Assembly: GCA_963514005.1 (NCBI GenBank)
Contig: OY740782.1
Location: forward strand, 43,896,001-43,960,000
Source of the DNA: Raja brachyura
Lineage: Eukaryota
Length of the DNA stretch: 64,000 nt
Reading direction: 5' to 3'
The translations under genes and the position numbers were made by a program. Shown here piece after piece: positions 1 through 11,019 of this stretch. The notes under the pieces are model-generated. The model ran no database searches and was not told the DNA's origin. It saw only the letters and a list, made by a program, of their open reading frames with translations. The stretch's first letter is position 1; every line of letters starts with the position of its first letter.

Positions 1-466
1 GTTTTAAGTGTACAATCTCCATTAAAAATATGCATATTATTAGTGAAGTGGCACAAAGATTGTAATGCAATTACAAAAAAGCCTTGTCTATGTGAGTAAA
101 CGTGTTATTAATTTGTCTTGGCAATCATTCTGCAATCCCCACCCCACCACCACTTAAACTTGTCAATTTTGTTCCCTTTGACACCATATAAAAGGGAAAG
201 GATATAAACTTTCCCGAGCACAGCACAATGCCTAACCTCTAATCTGGCAGGTAAAATGGAAGAGATGAAACACAACCGTCCCAAGGGCTCACCAAGTACA
301 AACAGTCCAACCAAGCATCACATGTGACAGGCACTGCGGTTAGCAGAATCTGCACAGACATCGCTGTGGTTCATGAAATATCAAAGGCAGTTACTCTATG
401 TACAGGAAAAAGGTTTGTGTTTTCCCAAGCTGTTTTATCCATTGGTTGACAACTTGAAGTGCATGG

Positions 467-1218
467 TTAGTTTAGTTTAGTTTAGTTCAATTTAGTTTAA
501 TGATACAGTGTAGAAAAACATAGAAACATAGAAAATAGGTGCAGCAGTAGGCCATTCGGCCCTTCGAGCCTGCACCGCCATTCAATATGATCATGGTTAA
601 TCATCCAACTCAGTATCCTGTACCTGCCTTCTTTCCATACCTCCTGATCCCTTTAGCCACAAGGGCCACATCTAACTCCCTCTTAAATATAGCCAATGAA
701 CTGGCCTCAACTACCTTCTGTGGCAGAGAATTCCAGAGACTCACCACTCTCTGTGTGAAAAATGTTTTCCTCATCTCGGTCCTAAAGGAATTCCCCCTTA
801 TCCTTAGACTGTGACCCCTTGTTCTGGACCTCCCCAACATCGGGAGCAATCTTCCTGCATCTAGCCTATCCAGCCCCTTAAGAATTTTGTAAGTTTCTAT
901 AAGATCCCCCCTCAGTCTTCTAAATTCTAGCAAGTATAAGCCGAGTCTATCCAGTCTTCCCTCATATGACCCTTGTCCCATCAAGTCTGTGTCGACCACC
1001 GATTACACATGCACTCGTTCTATCCTAGATGCTAAGGACAATTCGCAGAAGCCAATTAGCATACAAACCCTCACATCTTTAGGATGTGGGAGTAAACCAG
1101 AGCATGCGGTCACAGGGAGTGTGCAAACTCCACACAGACAGCCCCCGAGGTCATGATCGAACCCAGAACTCTGGCGCTTTGAGGCAGCAGCTCTACCGCT
1201 GTATCCCTGTGCCGCCCT
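467..1218 (-). mobile_element. HE1-type tRNA-derived SINE interrupted by a young CR1 3' fragment
   Basis: (TTTAG)n tail at 467-498; SINE body resumes at about 968; tRNA-like head with box B GGGTTCGATCA on the minus strand near 1153-1164. Confidence 0.75.
514..967 (-). mobile_element. CR1/HER1-like LINE, 5'-truncated 3' end
   Basis: ORF 610-999 'LGLYLLEFRRLRGDLIETYKI...TRGHSLRI...FFTQRVVSLWNSLP' is the CR1 ORF2 C-terminus; (TTTCTATG)n tail; nearly identical to 47809-48258. Confidence 0.92.
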
Positions 1219-1665
1219 TAGTGATGTTTAACACAAAAGTTATGTTGCTATGAAAATGTGCCATGCACCTCAGTTATCTATTGGAGATGGAAATCAAAGG
1301 ACATCCTGTTTCTTAGTTAAGTACATTCTGAGTAGAGATGGTTGCTACATGATGATTACTTTCATAGTTTAAACCTTCTGAAACATGCGCTGAGTATTTG
1401 TTATCATGATTACAATCTTGGATTGCTGTTCTTAGTTTTATTGGATAAGACACTGGTTTTTACATGATAGAAAGTAGACAGTGTTGCCTGCAAGGAAACA
1501 ACAGAGATTCTGATCACGTGATTGAAATGTTGCATTTGAGAATTTAGGCAATAAACTGAAATCTTCAACTTTAATATCAGATTACATAATATGATCTATC
1601 AACACAAGCAAGCTGATTGCTAATAGTTAGTTATGAATCTTATACATTTTTCTCATCTGAACAGT

Positions 1666-1970
1666 TTTAGTTTTTAGTTTTTTAGTTTGAGATACAGTGT
1701 GGAAACAGGTCTTTCAGCCCACCGTGCCACGCCGACCAGCGATCCCACACTAACACTATCCTACACACTAGGGACAATTCACAATTTTTACCAAAGCGAA
1801 ATTTACCTACAAGCTTTTGGAAGGTGGGAGGAACCGGATCACCCGGGGAAAACCCACGTGGTCATGGGGAGAATGGACAAACTCTGTACAGACAGCACCC
1901 ATAGTCAGGTTCGAACCCGGGTCTCTGGTGCTGTCATGGCAGCTACTCTCTGCTGCGCCACTGTGCCGCC
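1666..1970 (-). mobile_element. HE1-type SINE, near full length
   Basis: Minus-strand head GGCGGCACAGTGGCGCAGC (box A-like), box B GGTTCGAACC at 1908-1917, CTAAA-like tail. Confidence 0.85.
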
Positions 1971-2408
1971 TATTTAATTTGGTATTAAAATGTAGTCATT
2001 ATGGTCTAAATACTCTCTCACTTACTTTAATAATAATGTTGATAATAATGTGGAATAATTTTCTGAAACATCAAGCACACTGTCAGCCTCAACTTAGTCC
2101 TTGTTATTCAGCTGTAGTCCCCTGTTTATGATGAAAATTGCAGCTTGAGGCAATGAAGAAGTTCCTGGCCTCAAACTAAGAAAGATAATCTCACTTTTCA
2201 AACCCATTTCTTATAATTTTAACACTCATTTCCTGAAGGGATTAACTGAAGGGGTCATAACATTCTATCCCCAATGTTAAGGGTCTGTCCCACTTGGGCC
2301 ATCACTTACGCAACAGGCCGGTAATGACGGTCGCGCGACGGTCCCATGAGAGTCGCGTGCGTCATCATGCGCCCACACAGCTGAGTGGAGCGCGTGACAT
2401 CATTTGAA

Positions 2409-2596
2409 GATAGATACAAAATGCCGGAGAAATCCAGCGGGACCGGCGGCATCTCTGGAGAGAAGGAATGGATGATGTTTTGGGCCAAGACTTCTTCAGT
2501 CTGAAAGAAGGGTCTCGACCCGAAACGTCATCCATTCCTTCTCTCCAGAGATGCTGCCGGTCCCGCTGAGTTACTCAAGCATTTTGTGTCTGTCTT
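2409..2596. mobile_element. Penelope-derived fold-back (palindromic) element nested in the MITE
   Basis: Two arms of about 90 bp in inverted orientation meeting at 2500; arm sequence matches the tail attached to Penelope GIY-YIG fragments at 20686-20980 and 29353-29612. Confidence 0.8.
2499..2531 (+). ncRNA. Minimal type-I hammerhead ribozyme-like motif
   Basis: GT-CTGAAAGA-A-GGGTC(TC)GACCC-GAAACGTC-A: CUGANGA-like core (one extra A in this copy), stem II, GAAA, palindromic ACGU helix III. Confidence 0.6.
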
Positions 2597-4244
2597 CAAT
2601 TTTCTTGGCCCCGCTCTGGGAGTAGGAGTGGGGGCGAACCGGATCCGCAACGGCCGTGAGCCCCAGGCTGAGTTTGACGATCGTTTGCCTGCTTCTGCTG
2701 CTGTTGGAGATTAGACGTTGCTCCGCGCCAGGGTCTTGGGCCTGTCCCACTTTGGCCGTCAGTTACACGACAGGCCGGTGGCCCGCGAAGATTTAGTGCA
2801 GGGCGAAATCCACACTCCTCCACACCACTACACACTCCTCCACACCACTACATGCGCCCGTCCCCGTGCTACCCACATGCTAGCAGGTTGCGTAAATGGC
2901 ACGCGAAAGACAACCAAGTGGGACAGGCCCTTTAGTGACCTGCTCTGGAGTGTTAAGCTGAATAACCCAGACTGACATCAGAAGGAGTTCAGTCCTGTCA
3001 AAGGAGCCAATGATTTAAGTTTGGCTTTGTCTCTCTCCTTATCAAAATGCTCTCCAAACCAGGAAACATTCTGGTAAGCCTCTTCTCCATCCTCTCCAAA
3101 CCCCAACAAGCACTGCATTCAATGCTCCAAATGAGGCCTGACTAAAGTATATTGAACTGCAGCATGAGTTCCTGTCTTTTCCATTCAATGCCCCAACCAA
3201 CGAAGGCAAGTATGTTATTGGCTTTCTTTATTACCCCATTCACTTGTGTTACCACTTTTCGGAAGCTTTGGAATTGTACCCCAACATCCCTCTACATCTA
3301 AATGCTTCATAGGGCCCAAAGGATATGAAGGATTGTAGGTTAATTGGCCTCTCCCCAGTGTGTGGTGAGTGGAGGCAAAAGTGGGAATACAAAAAAATGG
3401 TGTGAATCGATGGTCAGCGTGGACTCGGTGGGCCGCAGGGCCTGGTTACTTGTCATACCTTTCAATCTATTCTCTGGTTTGTCCCTGTTGTCCTTTAAAC
3501 TAAAAATTACTCTTCGCACTCATGGTACGGGAGCTTCTTCTGAATTACTTAAACAGACGAGAATATTCTTTATTACTGTGTAGGTTGTTGTTAAAGCAAA
3601 ATATACCATTAATAAATAATTATAATTTTACCCATGAATTGAAGGGTACGTTTAATGTAACATAAAAGTGTGCATTATTATTCTGAAATTTCCATGTTCT
3701 AGAAATAGATGGTGACTTCAATGAAAAATATCAGGCATTTTACAACATTCACACTTAAATTATGATCATTATGCAGAAAAGGGAATAATTACATTTTAAC
3801 AACGATTACCAGAACTGCCTGAAACTCTACTGATAGGCACCAGAATTACATTGCTATGCACAGCACATTGAATAAAAACTGGATAATATACTGAAATATG
3901 CAAGGTTTTATTATATATTTTTCACAAATTGAAAATGAGCCCTGAAGTAGTAGTTTTCATCAAAGGAAGAAAGTTTTGTCAGTGTACATTGGCCCTGTCT
4001 GATATTGCCTGCATATTCATCACACGGGCGCAAGACATGCACATTGCTTGAAGTACAAGTAATTACTTTGCTGATGCAATGGAAGAAATACTCAATCTGA
4101 ACATGCTGCAAGATTTATGACCAGAAAATCAAGACATCTCTATTTCTGTTACCTGGAATTATAAAATGAAAGCTGTTCGTGAAACAGTTTTGCACAGAGA
4201 AGGCAAGTTGATAATGAAACATACTTAATAGAGTTATGACAAAA

Positions 4245-4475
4245 GGACACAAAGTGCTGGAGTAACTCAGCAGGTTAGGCAGCATATCTGGAGAGCATGG
4301 ATCGATGATGTTTCGGGTCGAAACCCTTCTTCAGACTAGTAGTACTGTGAAGAAGGGTCTCAACCCGAAACATCACCTGTCCATGTTCTCAAGAGATGCT
4401 GCCCCACTTGCTAAATTACCCCTGCACTTTGTATGCTTTTGTGTACGAGCCAGCATCTGCAGTTCCTTGTTTCTA
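4245..4475. mobile_element. Penelope-derived fold-back element with hammerhead-like motifs on both strands
   Basis: Inverted arms around about 4340; minus motif 4307-4336 GTCTGAAGAAGGGT(TTCG)ACCCGAAACATC; degenerate plus motif at about 4347-4374. Confidence 0.78.
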
Positions 4476-4529
4476 TATTTAATGGAGTATTTCAAGAATT
4501 TGTTTCTTATTCTGCACTCTCTGTTTCAG

Positions 4530-4532
4530 CTG
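4530..4532 (+). other. Candidate 3-nt microexon (CTG)
   Basis: TTTCTTATTCTGCACTCTCTGTTTCAG|CTG|GTGAGT: pyrimidine tract with TGC, strong acceptor, consensus donor. Confidence 0.35.
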
Positions 4533-5520
4533 GTGAGTTTTGCACCTCGTACCACTGATGGGGAGGATTCATTATTTTTTCAAACTTCTGTTTTCCACTC
4601 ACTTGTCTCCCTCTAGCCCTGCCACATTCTCTTTCATTCCCTTCCTAAGTGAAGTGCCTCATGTTCAGATCTCATTTTATTGAAAGCAGTATTTTTGTGT
4701 TTTGTAGCAGTGGGTTAGTTTTCTCAAAGGAGTGTCAAAACTGCCCACAGGCAATTGAATCTGCGACAGCAGTCACTGGAGAGTAATCAGAAGCCAAGCA
4801 ATCTTCTCATCCCAATCCCGGGGATAATAAGGCGAACTGGGGAGTTACAATCCGCAGACCCTGCCATGTAACAAGCTCAACATAGCTTATTTTTAGATCC
4901 ATAAAAGTGAATCAGCTCAACCCACTGGTTAATGTATTGAAAGAGCCTAGAAAGGGATCCCAGTGAGAAGCTCCCTGAATACAGAATTACTTCCCACAAC
5001 TGAAAGAGACAATATAACAGATATGTGCAGTAAAAATATGGTATTTTCAGGTTTCTGGGCTGGTACTTTGTTCATGTGATAAGTAGAATATTACATTTGA
5101 ATGCGTATCAACATTTTGATTTGGTTTATCAAAAATCATTAGTTTCTCTGAGAAGCAAAAGTATGTTGTTGTTTTTCAAGTCTACAGAGGAAGTGTGTTT
5201 TCCTTTTCATTAAAGGATTCATTAAGGATTTCATTCTCATTAAGGATCTTCAATCCCAGTCGTGTCAGTATTTAAAAGCAACACCATACAAATACTTGCA
5301 CGTCATAGAGTTATCCTACTTTTTGTTTTGTTGTTCTTGATTTATTTTGTTGTTAATAATGTACATTTCATCAATCCCAACATAGCACCAAGACACTGAA
5401 TTTGAATCTCAGAGGTTGACACCACCATTTCATTTCATGCCCTGGTACTCACACAGGGAGAAAGTCAGGCTATTCCAACAAGAAATTATTATCTTTCCTA
5501 ACTTAGCCAGTGAAGCAGTT

Positions 5521-5812
5521 ATGTTTAAGAAAGAACTGCAGATGCTGGAAAAATCAACGGTAGAGACTTCTTCAGACTGATGTTTCTCTAGTTTTAAATA
5601 AGTTGACAAGTTAAAAAAGCTTACATTCATTGTATCTATAATTTTTAGCCTAATAGCAGTGGATGGGAGTTTGAGTACATTTTATTTAATCTGGTAGTTA
5701 ATAATCATCAAGCCATCAGCCTGAAGCAGAGTCTCGACCCGAAACATCGCCTATTCCTTCACTCCATAGATGCTGCCTCACCCGCTGAGTTTCTCCAGCA
5801 TTTTTGTCTACC
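5521..5812. mobile_element. Penelope-derived fold-back with captured flanking DNA in its centre
   Basis: Left arm ends CTTCAGACTGATG (about 5582); right arm starts CATCAGCCTGAAG (about 5714); spacer is an inverted copy of 6142-6258. Confidence 0.75.
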
Positions 5813-5875
5813 AGCAAAGCAGTTATGGTAATTTATGGAAGAGTAAATGAGAACTAAATTCTGCACCTATGTTTT

Positions 5876-6130
5876 GAGTTTAGGTTTATTATTGTCACGT
5901 GCACCAAGGTACAGTGAAAAGCTTTGTTTTGCATGCTATCCAAACAGATCAGATATACCATACATGAGTACAAATAAATCAAACTCAAGTACAATAGCTG
6001 GAGCAAAGGGGAAGATACAGAGTGCAGTATATATATTGTTCTTAGCGTTGTAGTTCCATAGACAAAGTCCAATGTTCAGTGGAGTAGAGGTGGATTGGAC
6101 TGTAACCTAGCTGGAAGGGCAGTTATGGAA
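5876..6130 (-). mobile_element. Rex1/Babar-related 3' tail fragment
   Basis: TTTATTATTGTCACGTGCACCAAGGTACAGTGAAAAGC terminal stem-loop with A-rich signal; the same tail is joined to Rex RT sequence at 31488-33050. Confidence 0.6.
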
Positions 6131-6594
6131 GTCTTTGTTGTCTTGGTGATTATTAATTACCAGATTAAATAAAATCCACTGCTACTAAGCTAAAAATTAT
6201 AGATAAAATGAATGAAAACTCTTTTAACTTGTCAACTTATTTAAAACTAGAGAAACATTGTGAAGATTTAAAGAGATATCAAGGATTAGAGGGATACTAG
6301 ACTAAGTGGGACCCATTGGCTCCCAGCTTCATATGGGAGGGCTTGTCCCCCAACGCAATATTCCACCTCTCCACCAATTCCAATATTGGTGGCCAGTGGG
6401 GGGGGGGGTTCTGCAACACTAGTATGGGTGTTGTGGGCTGAAGGGACTGGTTTCCAGAGGGCTAGTATGGACATTGTGGGCCGTATGGATCTTGGTCTGG
6501 CAGCTCTGTCACTCAAGCTTGGTGTGCTGACAGCTCACAAACTCACGGTTGGTGGGCTGGCTGTTGACTCATGGCTATTCCTTGAAATTCCATT

Positions 6595-6858
6595 TCAAGC
6601 AGTGTGCAAGGCAACCAAGTTCAAGTGCAGTTTCCTACCACTTCAAAGCAGGGTGCAAGGCCACCAAATTCAAGTGCAGTTTCCTACCACGTCAAGCAGG
6701 GTGCAAGGCCACCAAATTCAAGTGCAGTTTCCTACCACATCAAGCAGGGTGCAAGGCCACCAAATTCAAGTGCAGTTTCATACCATTTCAAGCAGGGAGC
6801 AAGGCCACAAAATTCAAATGCAGTTTCATACCATTTCAGGCAGGGTGCAAGGGCACCA
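6595..6858. repeat. 48-bp minisatellite, about 5.5 copies, inside the Helitron
   Basis: Unit TCAAGCAGGGTGCAAGGCCACCAAATTCAAGTGCAGTTTCCTACCACG; explains the repetitive ORFs 6386-7234, 6549-6875 and 6604-6954. Confidence 0.93.
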
Positions 6859-6930
6859 AAGACAGAGAGTCATGAACTCTCCCTCCCCCATCTTGCAGAG
6901 ACTGAGTCATGCCCACACTTCCGGGTGTTA

Positions 6931-7200
6931 TACATTTTCATTTTCAAACTTTAGTTTCAAACCAACCACATTTTCATTTTCAAACCGACCACATTTTCAA
7001 ACCAATCACATTTTCATTTTCAAACCAACCACATTTTCATTTTCAAACCACATTTTCAAACCAACCACATTTTCAAATCAACCACATTTTCAAACCAACC
7101 ACATTTTCAAACTAACCACAATTTCAAACCAACCACTTTTCATTTTCAAACTTAATTTTCAAAGCACACTTTCATTTTCAAACTTCATTTTCAAACCACA
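6931..7200. repeat. Degenerate 17/23-bp tandem repeat inside the Helitron
   Basis: Repeated AAACCAACCACATTTTC with variable extra ATTTTC. Confidence 0.9.
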
Positions 7201-8726
7201 CTCACAGGTCAGTAAAACCACACCCACAGTTTAGTAGACATGTGTTCAGTGTTATTCACAGCTCAGACTGAGAGTTGTGACCTCTCCCTCCCCCGTCTTG
7301 CATAGACTGAGGTACGTCCACACTTACGGGTTTTATAGTCCCTTTCTCCCCCCCCTCCCGCCTGAATGGGCGTGGCCTTCATGGCATGATTGACTGGAGA
7401 GAGAATCTCAACATTTAAAAAATATTAATAAGTCTTTTATTTTTTATCGATGGGAAACATCCTCTGGCCCTGTGCAGCGGAGGGGAACTCTGAGTAAGAT
7501 GGGCAAAAATCACAGCCGTAAGTGGTGGTGTTTTTTTCTAAAATAAATATATAGTGCAAACAGGATGTGGTCAAGTTTAGACTTTGAACTATATCGATGG
7601 GCCAAATGTGGGTAAATGGATAAATTGGGTGGAAGGGCCTGTTTCCATGCTCTAGGACTCTATCAATATTACAATGTTCATGATGCTTTCTGCACGTCAC
7701 ACTAATCTTAACTTGACTAAACATTGTGCAAATGATCTCATGATTGGCCAAGCCATGTGAAGAGAAGCTTTTCGTATTAAGTCCCCAGTGTATCTTAAGT
7801 TTGTGACCTGACAACTCGTCTGTTCAGACGGAAAACCCAGGACAGACAATCATAGTCACGAGACATTCACCTCTCCCAGTTGTGAATCATTCGAATGTAA
7901 TAAGTTTTGAACAAGATTTTGGAAGCAACGCGCAGGTTAGATGAATGGCGTCAAGATGGGTAGGAATGGAGACTTGTTAAGCAACAAAATACTTTTGCTT
8001 CACAAAGAAACTAATGACTGTTGGTGAAGCAAATCAACAGCATGGCAGGGAGAACATTTCAACTTGAAATCTGAAAGGTGTGCCCGAAAGTAACCAATCT
8101 ACAAATATTAATAAAATCAGGTTTATTATCGTATGTACAAGTAAGGCGAGGTACAGGTGCAATGAAAATCCTGCTTGCAGCGGTATCACAGGCAGATGAA
8201 CTCAGATAAACACACAAAAACTTAAATTATACATACGTTACACAAAATTCAGCAAGACCATAAAAAGAAAAGAGACGATGCAGAATAATACACATAAGTG
8301 CAAAGTTCAATTAGAAAAAAAACAAATCTATGGTGTGCAGGAGGTAGTCTGTGGTGTTTGGTTGCCGAGGTAGGATTAAAGTTTTGCAGGTTGGTCCACC
8401 AACTTTAATTATTACGTATGAAGCCAATCAGTAACTACTATAATGACTGGTGCTAAACAGAATCAAAACCAAAGTCAAAGTCAGTGCTTCAAATACAACA
8501 CAGCTGCCAACACCAGTAGTCTTTTAATATAACATTCTGTTCACCAGGGAGTAATTGAAAAACTTAAACTTACCTGAACCTGTTCTTAAAATAGTTGATC
8601 AACATTGAGCATTCATTTACCTATTGATTAAGTACTTGAAGGATATTGGGCAAAGTTTTGTTTTTTTGTAAGCTCTGTGCAGAGTTTAAACTCCTGAATG
8701 AATTCAAACCAATAAAGTGCTTTGTC

Positions 8727-9142
8727 TGTGAGAAAGAACTGCAGATGCTGGATAAAATCAAAGGTAGACACAAAATGCTGGAGTAACACTATGAAGCGAA
8801 GAAGGAATGGGTGATGTTTAAGGTCGAGACCCTTCTTCAGACTGATGTTTTGGAGGGGGGGGGGGGTGCGACGGGACAAATATAGAAAATGGACAGAGAC
8901 AGTAGGACGTGGGAGAACTGAGAAGGGGAGGGGAAGGAGAGAGAAAGCAAGGGCTATCTGAAATTAGAGAAGTTAATGTTCATACCGCTGGGGTATAAAC
9001 TACCCAAGCGAAATATGAGGTGCTGTTTCTCCAATTTGCGCTGGGCCTCTCTCTGACAATAGAGGAGGCCCAAGTCAGAAAGGTCAGATTGGGAATGGGA
9101 GGGGAAGTTGTAGTGCTGAGCAACCACAATATCAGGTTGGTT
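8727..9142 (-). mobile_element. Penelope-like element 3' fragment
   Basis: ORF 8954-9154 'RKLEKQHLIFRLGSLYPSGMNI' matches the C-terminus of the 55881-56831 GIY-YIG ORF; followed by the hammerhead-type tail. Confidence 0.85.
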
Positions 9143-9769
9143 ACATTCAATCAAAAATATGGTGATGCTGAGCTCAGTTTACTATTTGAATGCAGTTTGT
9201 ATAGAACAATATTCAATTACTGCAATTCAATCAATTAGCCAATATATTGCTGTGATAAAATATAATTTTTTTAAATGTTCCACGGTTTGCATTTGACAAT
9301 TCCTCATGCACACAATTAATTCATATCCAGGTCACCACTCTAGATATGTTTTGTAAAAGAGGTCTGGATATTATCTTCAGACTCCAGGGAACTCAAACTA
9401 TTCCAATCACTAACTGTTTCACGCTCTACAGATTGAAGCACAATGTTTCCAGCAGTATTCTTTGGACAATTCTGAACTGCAGCCATTTTTTCAGCTTCAG
9501 TTGTCAAATGATGAATGTGCCCCATTACCCCAGGTGAAGGGAGATATGAAAACAGTCAGCATGGGTCAATGCGGCCGAAACGGCAACGTTTGTGCTGCAC
9601 CTTCTGTCACTGTAACTTTTAAACACCTGATAGGTTGATGTGTCATGATACATAATTTAAAAAATAATGTTGATAGTATTTTTAATATCTGGGAACTATT
9701 TTCATAGCTACATTTATTACTTTGTAAAAATTACAAGCTAGCAACCAAGAAGAGCACTAATTATTGATT

Positions 9770-9912
9770 AGTACAGGTGTCAGAGGTTATGGGGAGAAGG
9801 CAGGAGAATGGGGTTAGGAGGGAGAGATAGATCAGCCATAATTGAATAGCAGAGTAGACTTGATGGGCCAAATGGCCTAATTCTACTCCTATTCCTTATC
9901 CCCTTATGGCCT
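9770..9912 (+). mobile_element. CR1 3' tail fragment
   Basis: GGTTATGGGGAGAAGGCAGGAGAATGG...GATCAGCCAT...GGGCCAAATGGCCTAATTCT. Confidence 0.7.
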
Positions 9913-11019
9913 TAATATTTTTCATATTGCAGTAAACTCATTAATCCAAAATCAGTATACACCCTCTCAAAAATCTCTTATTTCAAGTGTTATGCAAAAT
10001 AAGTATGAAAATACATTTTTAGTTTATTTACGTTTGTGCATGAGGGAAGTGCAGCTGTAGGCTGATTCATGTGACGCGGCGCTGACTGGCAGAATCCTGG
10101 GATCCTTTGCCAAGGGTCGCCAGTGTTGGAGGGTGATAACATATAATTCAATAATTATTTTAAAGATTGATGCATAGAATACTAATATGTGATGCACAGT
10201 AATGTTTTAAAAGAATAATTCTTGTTCAACTGACATAATTATAATCTGCAGCTCCCCATGGATGTTGGATATCTAAGATATGCTTTGCTATATGCACTGA
10301 ATTTCTTTGTTCTTACTGGCTACATTGGCTTATATTGGCATATTAAATTCATTTCTCTTCAATATCTTTAATTTCTTCATTCATATTCTCTGAAGTCTCT
10401 TCAGAGCGATTTTTCCTCAAGTGCATTTATCTCCATATTTCATCAATCTTAAAATATTTGTTGGCCTTCATGTATTTGGATTTTTATTTGTAAAATATAT
10501 GCAGTAAGGAATATGCAATTTATGTATGTATATTGAACCTAGACTTGATTTCTGTGTTCAAATTCTGAATTGTAATTTTGACTGAAATAAATACTCCTGA
10601 GTAAAGTGCCATGTGATGAAGTTTAAAGGAATTGAAAACCAGTCAAATTGTAATTATGCAAGCTTTTGCTTCTTTTTCCTCAAATATGTGGAATTAAATT
10701 TTAAGACCATTAATAAGCATCCCATTGTGATGACCAGAGAAATAATGAAAGTAAGCTGTAAGAAACATTATTCTTCGGAACAGTCAGGTGAGAGTGGTAG
10801 GCATATGGAAGGAAGTGAGGAATATTTCTTTCTATATGAATATTGTAATTGAAAAGAGTTCTGAGTTTAATTTATTGTCACATGTACCAAAATACAGAGA
10901 AATGCTTTTGTTGCGTGCAAACCAGTCAGTGAAAGACAATACATGATTAGAATCGAGCCATTCACAGTGTACAGAAACATGCTAAAGGGAATAACATGAA
11001 TAACGTTTAGTGCAAGATT

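Larger units (their letters stand above)
2280..2931. mobile_element. PIF/Harbinger-type MITE
   Basis: TIRs AGGGTCTGTCCCACTTGG ... CCAAGTGGGACAGGCCCT; TTA at 2277-2279 and 2932-2934 (3-bp TWA TSD); extra internal TIR copy near 2738. Confidence 0.85.
6297..7597 (-). mobile_element. Non-autonomous Helitron
   Basis: Minus strand A|TCGATATAG... (7597) to ...GGGAGCCAATGGGTCCC hairpin ACTTAGTCTAG|T (6297); no TSD; flanks rejoin to the CR1 tail GGATTAGAGGGATA|TGGGCCAAATG. Confidence 0.85.

Noticed and set aside
1666-1970. tRNA gene
   Set aside because: Box A/B-like motifs are present but continue into a SINE body and tail; no complete cloverleaf
3911-4153. Possible minus-strand coding exon after a TTCCAG acceptor
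   Set aside because: All three frames hit stops shortly after the acceptor; no recognisable peptide
6595-6858. Regular 48-bp repeats as a CRISPR array, or the 282-aa ORF 6386-7234 as a gene
   Set aside because: Units are contiguous with no unique spacers, no cas genes are present, and the context is eukaryotic; the ORF is a by-product of a stop-free repeat inside a Helitron
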